Shown here piece by piece: positions 25,000 to 36,544 of a stretch of 64,000 bases of DNA. The DNA is from Okamejei kenojei (lineage: Eukaryota), in assembly GCA_035221665.1 (NCBI GenBank), contig CM069155.1, positions 29,822,001-29,886,000 of the forward strand. The letters are read 5' to 3'. A program made the translations under genes and the position numbers. Below the pieces are notes generated by a model. That model was given only the letters and a program-made list of their open reading frames with translations, had not been told where the DNA came from and searched no databases. How positions within the stretch are numbered: position 1 is the stretch's first letter; each line of letters starts with the position of its first letter.

Positions 25000-25005
25000 A
25001 CTGGT

Positions 25006-25093
25006 ATTGCTTCTCAGCCTTTTGGCTAAGATCAAGTGTAGTATCTGTTCTTATCAGTTCAATATCTGATACGTCCCTTATCTAGGGATCATT
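25006..25093 (+). pseudogene. RNU2: 3'-truncated U2 snRNA retrocopy
   Basis: ATtGCTTCTCaGCCTTTTGGCTAAGATCAAGTGTAGTATCTGTTCTTATCAGTTcAATATCTGATACGTCC matches U2 nt 1-~88, including the GTAGTA branch-site sequence. It stops before the Sm site. Confidence 0.93.
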
Positions 25094-25257
25094 ACTACAC
25101 AGCCATTGTTCCCATTGGTGCTCAGAATGATGATTCAGACATTCATGACAAATCCCAGGTGCAGTAATTGTTGGTACATCCAGTAACAGCAGAAGTCATC
25201 CATTACATGACCGTATTAATTGTTAATCTGTAGGTTCTGATGGAATGTTGGTTTCTA

Positions 25258-25543
25258 GAACATGAGAATTAAGGGACAGAAGTTTAGGGGTAACGTGAGG
25301 GTGAACTTCTTTACTCAGAGGGTGGTGGCTGTGTGGAATGAGCTTCCAGCAGAAGTGGTGGAGGCAGGATCGATTTTAACATTTAAAAATAAAGTGGATA
25401 GGTATATAGACGGGAAGGGAATGGAGGGTATGTTCTGAGTGCAGGTAGATGGGACTAGGGGAAAACAAATGGTCGGCACGGACTGGAAGGGCTGAGAGGG
25501 CCTGTTTCTGTGCTGTAATTGTTATATGGTTATATGGTTATAT
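25258..25543 (+). mobile_element. CR1 LINE 3' end nested in DIRS copy A
   Basis: FFTQRVVAVWNELP motif and a (GTTATATG)n tail. Confidence 0.8.
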
Positions 25544-26984
25544 AAAAAAAGTGACAGTACAAACTATTTCTAGATGGATAAACAGGTTCTGGATCAACTG
25601 GAGTAGACACTGATGTGTTTAATATTATAGGCCTAAATATGTGTAAATATTCTGGCAAATACATTAATACATTTTGCAAATTATCACTCATTGTAGGTGT
25701 AGACTTTAACTCTAGTTGCTGATTTTAGTACAACAAATTGTGTATTATTATGAAGGATGTTAACAAAGGCACGAGTGCCGTGGCGTAAAGTGGGGATAGA
25801 TGCATTGTTGAATGATTGGGACATAATTCTATTAAAATAGTTTTAGTATCACTTTGTTAATCTCTAGTATTATATATTCTACCAAGTAGCGGCCACCAGA
25901 CGGTGGATAGACAACCTTTAGTATAGTTTTAGTTATCTTACTCTAAATTCTAGCCGTGTAGCATAAATGCTATAGATGACACATTCTCCCAGGTAATACG
26001 CAACAACATGAGGCCACCCATCCTCCTGGTGCTGTTTCCCAATCAACTCGCTAAAAAATCAACTCGCATTCAAGACCAACATTTTCAGTAATTACTTCTA
26101 TTTTACTACATCTAAGCTGTATTTGTGCTTCTAATTCGTTCAATTTATTTATTACACTCTGTGCATAAATACTTAAATGTATTATTTGGGAGATAATTTC
26201 TCACATTTTCTTCTTCCCTGACACCATCCATCTTGTCGCAGTAACAAACTTTGACTTGCGCTAACTGCAACGTTTTCTGCAACTTCGTCCACATGATTTA
26301 TTGTTTACTTAAACCTGGACTACAGATCACATTTATTACAACAATCTGGCCATCAGTTTGCACTTGTTACCCTTGGTGTCGCAGGATTTTATTCGAACAG
26401 AAAAAAGAGATTGGGAAAAAAAACTCTTTCGAATATTTAGTCATCGTTTAGAGGTCTGTTCTTCAACTCTGCAAGACATCTTAATTTATATTAGTAAGGA
26501 ATCCTATAGAGTCACTCGCCTTCACTCCCCACTCAGGGAGTGAAGGCGAGTGACTGCCAAGTTGTTAGGAACACATACACAAAATAATGTTAATGTTCAA
26601 TTGCATTTCCATTTTCAAATACCCTACCCTGAGCCTTCCTCGTGTTACAGTTGATCGTAAGCAGGCAAGTAGCTAATGCAATGCTTCCACAAAATATATC
26701 CCCAATATCCCATCTGTGTAGGGAATAATTGTGATGGAGAATTGTGTACTATGGAATGCATTTTGCGATACTGCCAGACCTAAAACCAACAAATCAAGCT
26801 AGGCAAGTCGATCAGTGCCAGCGGGTAAGCACTATACGGAGAGGGAGCATTGCTTCCGTAAACTTCACGGTAAGCATAAGAAGGTATATAGTACAGAATT
26901 TGAATTTCTGAATTGGCGCATTGGTCGATTAGAATGTAATTAGACGCAACTTGGCAAAAGATGCTTAAGTAATGACAATGATCC

Positions 26985-27755
26985 TCAACACAAGCAAAAC
27001 TAAGGAACTGATTCTGGACTTTGGAAGGAGTAGGATGGGGACCCATAGTCCCGTTTTGTATCAATGGGTCGATGGTTGAAAGGGTCAAGAGCTTCAAATT
27101 CCTGGGCGTGCACATGTCTGAAGATCTTTCCTGGTACGAGAACACTGATGCAATTGTTAAGAAAGCACAATAGCGCCTCTACTTCCTGAGAAGATTACGG
27201 AGAGTCGGTCTGTCAAGGAGGACTCTCTCTAACTTCTACAGGTGCACAATAGAGAGCATGCTGACCGGTTGCATCATGGCTTGGTTCGGCAACTTGGGCT
27301 CCCTGGAGAGGAAAAGACTACAAAAAGCAGTTAACACTGCCCATCATTGGCTCTGACCTCCCTTCCATCGAGGGGATCTATCGCAATTGCGCCTCAAAAA
27401 GGCTGGCAGTATCATCAAGGACCCACACCATCCTAGCCACACACTCATCTCCCTGCTACCTTCAGATATGACGTACAGGAGCCTGAAGACTGCAACGACC
27501 AGGTTCAGGAATAGCTACTTCCCCACAGCCATCAGGCTATTATACTTGTCAGACAAAACTCTGAAATTTAATAGCCCATTATCTGTTATTTATTCATGTG
27601 TGTATATATTTATATACTGGTATATGGATACACTGATCTGCTTGTAGTCAATGCCTACTATGTTATGTTGTGCTGAAGCAAAGCAAGAATTTCATTGTTC
27701 TATCAAGGACACATGACAATAAACTCACTTGAACTTAAACTCACTTGAACTTGAT
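26985..27755 (+). mobile_element. Rex-Babar LINE 3' portion
   Basis: VERVKSFKFLGVH, RLYFLRRL and KAGSIIKDPHHPSH..LLPS..RFRNSYFP motifs, then AATAAA and an (ACTTGA)n tail. Confidence 0.85.
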
Positions 27756-28458
27756 TGGTAAGTTTGTTGATGGCCCAAAAATTCGTGGCATTGTTAATAG
27801 TAAGATTAAACGAGAACTTACCAGTTCGAAGTTTGATCTTTATTTTATGAGGAGTAACGATGAGGGATTACGTGAAGAAGCCCCGCCTGGCGCTGGAACG
27901 GCATCCTTCAAAGCAGCGGCATGAAAAACACAGAACACAATAGCCGGAGTAAGATAGTAAGGCTCATCATAGATTTAGAACTACCAGATGATCATTTATT
28001 TTATGAGGGTGTGGAGTGGAGGGCACGTAATCCCTCATCGTTACTCCTCATAAAATAAAGATCAAACTTCGAACTGGTACGATCTCGTTTAATCTTACTA
28101 TTTTACTTCGGAGTCACGTGAGTGACTATGTGAAGATTTTGAAGCTTCTGTGTTTTTCATGTCGTAGAATTCTTCCATACGACAGTCCAGCTAGGTCAAC
28201 ACATACATGAGAAAAACCAGACTAGTTTTAGTTCTTTCCATAAATCTTTTAATGATAAAAGAACATATAATAACCCTCTTTTTACACCTGAGGGAACCAT
28301 TACAAAGTGATAAAAGATATAGGTGATAACATAATTGATAATATCAATCAATAGTGAAACAAAGCAGGTGATTATAGTGAACCCAACACCGCGTGTCCAA
28401 AGCCTGTCATTGTGTGAACAGGTTTATTGTAGAACTTTGAAAAAGTTTCTTCTTTACA

Positions 28459-29342
28459 TCACCCTGCGGTTTCTAAAATATGTTCGAGTGGTACGTCCTG
28501 TAACTTCGCCGCGGATGTAGCTGCTGCCCTGGTGGAGTGAGATTTGAACACATCAGTGTCTACTCCTGCTAAAAGTAACACCTGTTTTAACCACCTTGAG
28601 ATTGTTTGCACTGAAGCTTTTGTGTGTGGTTTCTTATGCGTAATCATTAATGTTTTTCATTTCCTCGAAGAGTTTTGGTAACTTTTACATAATGATTCAA
28701 ATGTTTAACTACACACAACGTTGGATTAATGGGATAAGCTTGAAACATTACCTTTGCTCCAGTTCTCCCTAGTCTGCTTTGTTTGATCAGATCGTAAACA
28801 TAGAACACAATGTTATCTGCAGTCACATGCATCCAGTCTAAACGTAACATTTGTAATGTTTGCACCCTTTGAGCTGAAACCAATGCCATTAACATTACTA
28901 ATTTAAATGTTAACCTTTCCAATGACAAAACTTTGAATGGAGTCCATTGCCTAAGTAAGGTAAGTACAATGCTAACATCCCAAATTTCTGTATATCTTGG
29001 TTTGGGTGGATTTTTGTTAAAGATTCCTTTCATAAATCTGGATATTAATGGATGTGATCCAATTGATTTCTGGTCAGAGATTTGTCCTAAATAAGATGAT
29101 AAGGCACTACGTGCACTATTAATGGCACTGTAACTTAAGTGTTGTTCAAAATGCAACTCGGTAAGGAAATCCAATATGTTTGCAATGTTCACAGTATGAT
29201 AGGATATATTTGACTGTCTGCAAAAATTTTCCCATTTCTTTATATGTGTCATATATTGTGTCTGAGTGCTATCTCGCCATGATGCGACTATAATATCCAT
29301 AGTTCTATCCGACAATCCAAGCTCCTGTAGTGGTCTGGTCAA
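28459..29342 (-). pseudogene. DIRS tyrosine recombinase (interrupted)
   Basis: SYSAINSARSALS, ALVSAQRVQ (catalytic R), LCVV and FKSHSTR (H-x-x-R). The frame breaks at about 28647. Confidence 0.88.
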
Positions 29343-31072
29343 AACCTGCAGATTAACAAATTCATATAAGCATGTAATGGATGAATTTCTTTGGTTACTG
29401 GTTTTATCAATAAATCACTGCTGCTAGGAATTGACATATATGGTTCTTTAATCATGTTTAACATCAAATGATAACAACAATCATTGGCCATGGTTGTGTC
29501 GGCCAATTTGGAATTACCAATAATCCTGTGGCAGAATCTTGTTCTATTTTCTTCAGACATTGCTGAACCAGAGCAAATGGCGGAAAAGCATAAAATAACA
29601 TATTCCCCCAGTTTAGTGAAAAAGCATCTACTGCTACTGCTTGATTCTGTCTGGTATATTGAGCGGTTCAACATCCAAAACATCCTTGATCTATTGTCAG
29701 CCTGTCTTGATGCAAACAGATCAATGTCTGGTAACCCATATTGAGTCACAATTTTACTGAAAATTACTGGGTTCAACATCCATTCTGTGTTGTCTTTAAA
29801 CATCCTTGATCTATTGTCTGCCACCACATTGTCTTTACCTGGGATGTAATTTGCCGAAATCCAAATTTGGTGGTTAATACACCATTGCCATATCTGATTG
29901 ACCAAACAATCACATGATACCGATCTGACTCCACCCATGTGATTAATATATGCAACAGCTGTTTTATTGTCTAATTGTATCAGTACATGCAGATTCTTTT
30001 TTGTAGAACAATATGCCTTCAACCCATAAAATGCACCCAATAATTCTAAATAGTTAATACCATATGTTTAGAGAAACATTTCCTCTTGGACAGTCCATCT
30101 GCCCCCACAGCTGGTGAATGAATCTGTCGCCCCCCATCCGAGAGCACTAGCATCTGTTTGTAAAATTACTTCAGGCTGTTGTATCAGAATGTTTTTAGCA
30201 GCTTGTGGGACATTTTCAATCCACCATTGTACTTCCAATAAAGCTTCTTTTGTTAATTGCATAGGCCTATCAAAATGGCCTGCTCTCTTTTTTAGAGCTC
30301 TTATTTTGTCCCTTTGAAGGTTTTGGTAATGTAATGGACCAAATTCTACTGCAGGAAATGCTGCTACTAATTTACCAATAACCTTTGCTACTTCTCGGAT
30401 GGAGGGATAAGGTTTGTGAATGAGACCCCTACAGGTCACTAAAATATCATCAACCTTATCTGTTGGCAAAGTTACTAACATAGTAACTGAGTTAATTACA
30501 AACTCCAAATAGTTAATTGACTGTGCTGGCTGCAGCTGGGACTTAATTGGATGAATCAAGAAACCTAACTTCTCAAATAAAGTTTTAGTTGCTGAAACTG
30601 ATTTTTCAGCTGATTCCTGATTACTATTGATGATTAAAATGTCATCCAGATAAGCCATAATGATGTGCTTTTGTGCTCTTAATTGTGCTAAAGCTGGTTT
30701 CAACAGCTTTGTAAAGAGCCTGGGAGCTGAACTTAACCCATTTGGTAAAGCTTTGAATTGCCACAGCTGTCCCAGCCAATTAAATTTTAAATACCTTCGA
30801 AAGAACTGATGTATTGGTACTGAATAGTACGCATCCTTTAAATCAATTGTAGCCATATAACAACCTGCTGATATCAAATGTCTTGCAGTGTTAAATGTTT
30901 CCATTTTAAAATGTTTATATTCGACAAATTTATTAAGATTTGTAAGGTCCAGAATAATTCTGCAACCACCATCTTTTTTATTTCTTGGAAATATATTTGA
31001 CACAAATTGATGCTCATGTTCAACAGTTTTTTCAATAACACCTTTTTTAAACCAATTTGTCAATTTCCACAT
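29339..31072 (-). pseudogene. DIRS pol: reverse transcriptase, RNase H and methyltransferase-like domain (frameshifted)
   Basis: IDLKDAY, LPNGLSSAPR, AYLDDIL, QTDASALGWG, DNKTAVAYINHMGG and IDLFASR. Confidence 0.92.
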
Positions 31073-31299
31073 TCATTTCTGCCTCTTCAATTGCAGAAAA
31101 CATGAAACCATAAGCAGGTTTATTTTGTACCGGAGAATTAACACCTTCTTTAAATGTAATAGTAGCTCCTGAAACTGTTTGTAAAATAAACCGATCAGAT
31201 GTGATGGCAAGCCATTCATCATAAAACATTTGTAATCTCCCTCCAACTGGAGATTTGTCCACAGTTTCTTTAAGCATAGAATAGATTTTTTGTACCACT

Positions 31300-32512
31300 C
31301 TCCATATGAACGTGGTAGTCTCCTTCTCCCCGTATACGGGTGAACATTAGGCTGTGTCGGATGATAATATTTTCTTATCATACTCCTGCCTCTGTTTCCA
31401 AAATCAAATCCCCTTCTTGACGAAAAAATACCTTTTTTGTCCAAGACGAAAGGTCTCATGTGGCTAATAGATTTAGCCTCTTCATCCATTTCTCTTATTT
31501 ATTTTAGGCAGGTTTTCTCCAAATAGATAACCAGGAGTTTGAACACCACTTGATCGACACAGACCTGCAAACCTTGGATGAAATATGGGCCGAATCGCAA
31601 TTTTCCTCATACAATTAATTTCATAGAAGGAATTGCATAATAAGCCCAAAGTATCTTTTTGGATTTTATCCATCTCCAACCCCTCCATTTGCCTTCCAAA
31701 AGCAGTAATGGCAGCAGAAATCAATTTGAGGATTCTTTGAAATCATTATTTCTTGTCCTCTCATGCCTGGAGTCATAGGCGTCCATATAGACGGATTAAC
31801 CGTAGGTACCTTCAATGAGGTGCAATTTTCCAGGTGTTTTTATATAATTCTGCTGTTTCAATCATCACAGAATCTTGAAGTTGGTGAGATACCATATAAT
31901 TAATACTGGCAGCTAGGTTTTCTTCCATAGCCTCACCACTTCCTTCAGGTATAGTTAAATCTTTTGCCATCTCAGGCACATCTGGCCTCTCTTTTTTATT
32001 CGTGGTGTGCACTCATAATCCACATCACCACTTGCAGGGTCTGTCTTTTGCAGCCCTGATACACTTGGAATTATATCGAATGAGACTTCCTCCGCCCTTA
32101 ATCCTGGGTCCGGAGTTTCAAATTCCCAATTTGGCACATAGCCATATTCTGTATATTCAAACCCCTCAGGGTCATTTTGGGAAACGTCTGGGTACTGTGA
32201 CCCTTGTCTCATTATATTTTGGAGCACTTTCTCCATATGTTCCATTTTTAGCCATATAGCTTTATTATCCGGAGGACTTTCATTATCAGAGTCATTATCA
32301 GAAACCACGGGCCTCACGGATTTCTTTTTACTTTTTCTAGGAACATTTTCCTCCGTGGTTTGTATTTCTGGAGAAATTATGGTCTCACTAACGGGTGAAT
32401 CAGCGGCCACCGGTATCGGAACCGGATCCGCACTAAACTCTTGTCCCGATTCTTTAGCTTCACCCCGGGACGATCTTTTTACCCGCGAAATTTTCCTTTG
32501 AGACTTCTCCAT
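31300..32512 (-). pseudogene. DIRS gag-like ORF (frameshifted)
   Basis: ORF fragments 31955..32512, 31812..32012 and 31482..31724 lie between the 5' terminus and RT. Confidence 0.65.
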
Positions 32513-32852
32513 TTTCCTTTTCCATTTATCTGGCTAAATCAGTACGCCAGCGTGACTCTGATTTTAACTTTTAATTTCTCTTTTTCTGGTTTTACCAGCG
32601 TAACGTCTTTTTTAGAACGTCCCCTTTTTTCCTTACACTTACCTGCGGGTCCGTTCCGGCCGCTGCGAGGAGCTGCGCTCTGCAACTCTTGCTTCTGCCG
32701 TCAGCGTCGACGTAATGCCGTTCCAGCGCCAGGCGGGGCTTCTTCACGTAGTCACTCACGTGACTCCGAAGTAAAATGTTAAGATTGCAGTCAGTTTGCA
32801 GATTAATGTTGATCATCTGGTCAAATGTGCAAGATAATGACAAGTAGACTTT

Positions 32853-35800
32853 AATAGTAAGATTAAATGAGAACTTACTAGTTTGAAGTTTGATCTTGAT
32901 TTTATGAGGAGTTACGTTGGTGATTATGTGAAGAAGCCCGCCAGGCCGCATGCGCACCAAACTTCAAATCAGCAGTATGAAATCACAAATAAACAACACC
33001 GAAGTACATAGTAAGATCAGTGACTCGCGAACTACCATATGATCCTTTATGAGAGAGGGTTGGGCATGGCGGGCACGTAATCACCAACGTAATTCCTCAG
33101 AAAATCAAGATCAAACTTCAAACTGGTAAGTTCTCGTTTAATCTTACTATATTACTTTGGAGTCACGTGAGTGATTCCGTGAAGAGTTCAAAGCTTTGTG
33201 ATTTCATGCCGCAGATTACAAATCTCGGCATCCCACTGCATTGATTAACTGGAAAGAGAAATAAATGCATTAGCAGTAACATTGCAATCAATGTTAAAAT
33301 AGGGTTAATTTAACAATGTAAACAAACAACAGTACCCCTTAAATTTAGGTACTTAAAATGACATAGGCAAACAGTCCTGGATTGACAATCGGCCGATGAT
33401 AAAAATTCTGATACATCAGCTCATTTGCCCATCTGGCAGCCACCAAATTATTGTCAAAGGGCACGTCCCTCGCCTTGGCCGCCGACGTAGCTGCTGCCCT
33501 AGTGGAATGAGATGTAAACACACTATCTAAATGAAAGGCTGACGTTGATACTGACCTGGTGGAATGAGATATACAATCTTCAGTGTTAATATCTGTAAAA
33601 CCCAGAACCTGCAGCAGCCACCATGAAAAAAGTCTGAACCGACCTTCCTTTTTGTAGTTGTTTGTTAACTAATAAACAATGCTGATTCCATACTTCTTAG
33701 GATTCTGGTGGCCTAGATAACATTGAAGTGAGACCGTGGGGTGTTCAAATGTTCTTCAATCATGCTATCCCTAGTCTACTCTGGTTGTGTAGACCTGAAT
33801 GTAAATGTAATGGCACCTGCAGCCAATTCCATCCTATCTAGCCACAATGTTTGCAATGTTTCCCGTCGTTGTGCTGATATAAGTGTCATAACTAAGGATG
33901 TAGCTGGAACCTCTTGGTGAAGTAATGTTCACACATTTTCAATAACTAACTGCATAATATTGTAGTGGGAGAACTTGTGTCAAGAACTTTTAACAACTCG
34001 ATATCCGGGTTGGACATGAGAGCGTAGTTCCCTTATGTTGCAGCTGTAGTGTCTCTATAACTGAACTATTGTCAATACCATTTAAAATGAGCTGGAAATG
34101 TCAGTAATCTCTACCGTATTAAATGTAATGTTAACATTTAATGAAACACTTCTGATCCCCTCAATAGGAATGTACTGCTTTTTTGGGTGCTATCCCTGCA
34201 CACTGCTGTGAGCACCTTCATAGCTTGGTGTGACAACCTGAGGAAAAAGTCAATCCATTCAAAATGTGTAGGTCAATAATTGTTTTACTGTGCAAAAGCC
34301 AATCTCTTGAACCACAGTTTGAAACAGCAAGTTCTTGTTTATTGGCATAACCGTCTACCGTTGTGCCATAATGCCTGATGAAGCAGGCAACATGGACGCT
34401 TGGCCAGTCCGACAGTACGAACCCAAGTGAGGTCTTGCTGACTGTTTTAAGACCCGGCTAATGAGGTAAAAAATGAGGAAGACATAAAGACCATTCCTCC
34501 TATTGAAGCGAGAAAGTATTTCTCCGCACTGATGTTTGCAATGAATGAAAAACATGCATTAACATGATGAATATTCGATGAAGTATTGAACCATGCTTTC
34601 ATCATACTTCGAGATCCAACACTTATTCTGTGTTATCATCGATCTGAACTGGATGATACCAGTGGCAAGGAGATTAATTACAGGATATTTTTCCCTTAAT
34701 TATCATGTGACTAACATATGTCACCATCGTAGAGTAGCAACTTGAATTGGAGCATGTAGAATATGTATATTCGCTCAAAACCACTTACTCATGGGTGCAT
34801 TTAGTGTATATATTTAGTTGATACCAACAACTGAAGAATTGATAACTCATGCAATCTCCACTACCTTTGAGTAGGTGATGGTATTTGGAACTTCTCATCT
34901 TAGAGTTCTAAACATCAGTTCATAATAACTGAATTCAACCGACCACACTACTGTAGTCGTTTTCAAGTTCAAGTTCAATGAGTTATTGTCATGTTCAGCA
35001 ATGCTGAATACTGTTACTTCATCATTGTGGCTGAAGTAGCCTCAGCTGACAATTGCACAAGGTTGTTAGCAACGATCTAATTGCTACTTACACAATATCA
35101 GTTCCTTGATTTGCTCAGCTGCATCACAGCTGATATATTGCCAATTACTCTTAATGAAAATAACTCAGTTTTGTAACAGATTGCTATAACCCCAATCTCT
35201 TGCCACAAGGCGGAGACAAGGCTAATAATAATTAAAGGTAAATCCCAATGACCAACAAACAGTTTATCCCATACTGCAAAGCTTTACTGTTTATAGTACA
35301 GTTATATTGGCTTTGATAACCTTTGTAATGGGATTTGTATAACATGTATCTCTTACCTTATGAATCTGTTGTAGTCAGGAATACGTTTTTACATTCGGAT
35401 AGTTCATATGCCCGATACTCTCCATTTTTCATAATAACATGCCAATCCTGCCTTATTGCATGGGTGGTTTGCATGAGAACTTTTGCCCACTTTTCAAACC
35501 CTGACCTTAATCCAAACTTACTTGGAATGCTCCGGCTGTGCCTCAACCAAATATTTTTATCCTTTGTGTGTTGTACAAACAAACGTAAATATTACAACTT
35601 GTGAACGGTGCACTACCCAAATTTTGGAAGTGCTAGACCCATTTAGTTGAGCATGATTGGAAGGGGCATGGAATTTCTGAGCTATCATGCTGCCCCCAGC
35701 TCCAGTGAACTGCTACTGCTGATGAGCGCCTGGGGTGCATTCTGAACGTCGTTGGCCAAATTAATTCATCTGCTAGGCTTCTTCCCCTGTAGAATAGACC

Positions 35801-36305
35801 TAACTGAATAACCGATGCAGTGGCTGGCTCTCACATCCCCCTGTTGGCGTTGTTCACTGCCAGCACATATGTGCTTGAGTATGTTTTATTGACATTTTTA
35901 GAGCCCAGTCATCTTGACCTTTTCCTCTTCCCTCCTCAGAGAGGGTGATTCGTAGGCAACCCTAACAGGTGCTGCCACAGGCCGCAGGATACAAATACTG
36001 ATATGAACCCATTGACCTTAAATTTCTTGCCGTTTTTACAGCATCCCTGCAGGCTGGGAGCCGCTGACCCCCCTGTCAGCAACTCTGCTTAAATTTCTTG
36101 CCGTTTTTAGGCATTCCTGCAAGCTGGGGAGCCGCTAACTGCACGGTTAGTGGCTCCTTATCTCGCAACCCCATCAATTTTTCCGGTTTATCTGCATTTG
36201 CAATCGGACTGGAATTTCCCCACAGTCCATAACCGGCAACTTGTCGGGCTGCGAAACTGGCAGGAAAAACCTCTACAAAAAAACTCACGTGACTCCGAAG
36301 TAAAA
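32853..36305 (-). mobile_element. DIRS1-type retrotransposon, heavily decayed (copy C)
   Basis: Same right end as copy B (AATAGTAAGATTAAA...), an ICR at about 33074-33187, a recombinase SHSTRAA remnant near 33490-33515, and the left end ACTCACGTGACTCCGAAGTAAAA at 36283-36305. Confidence 0.88.
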
Positions 36306-36544
36306 TCCTGATAATTATGTTCTGTTGTACATTGTGGTATTAAATAAATGTAAGTTACAAATCCTGCATTGAGCAACAACATTCGTTAATCTGCAAGTCT
36401 AAAGTTCCATGCAAATGGCAGGGCAGGAATAAGCGGTAAGCTTAAAACCTGAGCGTGGGGCTTTGTTTTTACAGAGGCCCAGGAGCCGTTGGTGAGGGAG
36501 GAACCAAAATCGTAACATTCCATGCAATTAACTGGGCTTGAGGA

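Larger units (their letters stand above)
21702..25680 (+). mobile_element. DIRS1-type retrotransposon, decayed (copy A)
   Basis: Starts with the same terminus as copy B (TTTTACTTCGGAGTCACGTGAGTGACTATGTGAAGAAGCCC). It has RT remnants (LPNGLNSA, YLEDML), a methyltransferase remnant (AVDAF) and a recombinase remnant (VQTISRW). The right end is uncertain. Confidence 0.82.
27796..32776 (-). mobile_element. Full-length DIRS1-type tyrosine-recombinase retrotransposon (copy B)
   Basis: A 36-bp inverted repeat lies at 27869-27904 / 32715-32750. The internal complementary region 28024-28136 is complementary to both outer ends. Gene order is gag-RT/RH-MT-YR. Confidence 0.95.

Noticed and set aside
25006-25093. 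Functional U2 gene, or the target site of a U2-specific retroelement (Keno/Utopia)
   Set aside because: It lacks the Sm site and 3' half, shows CpG decay, has no snRNA promoter context, and no such element is attached.
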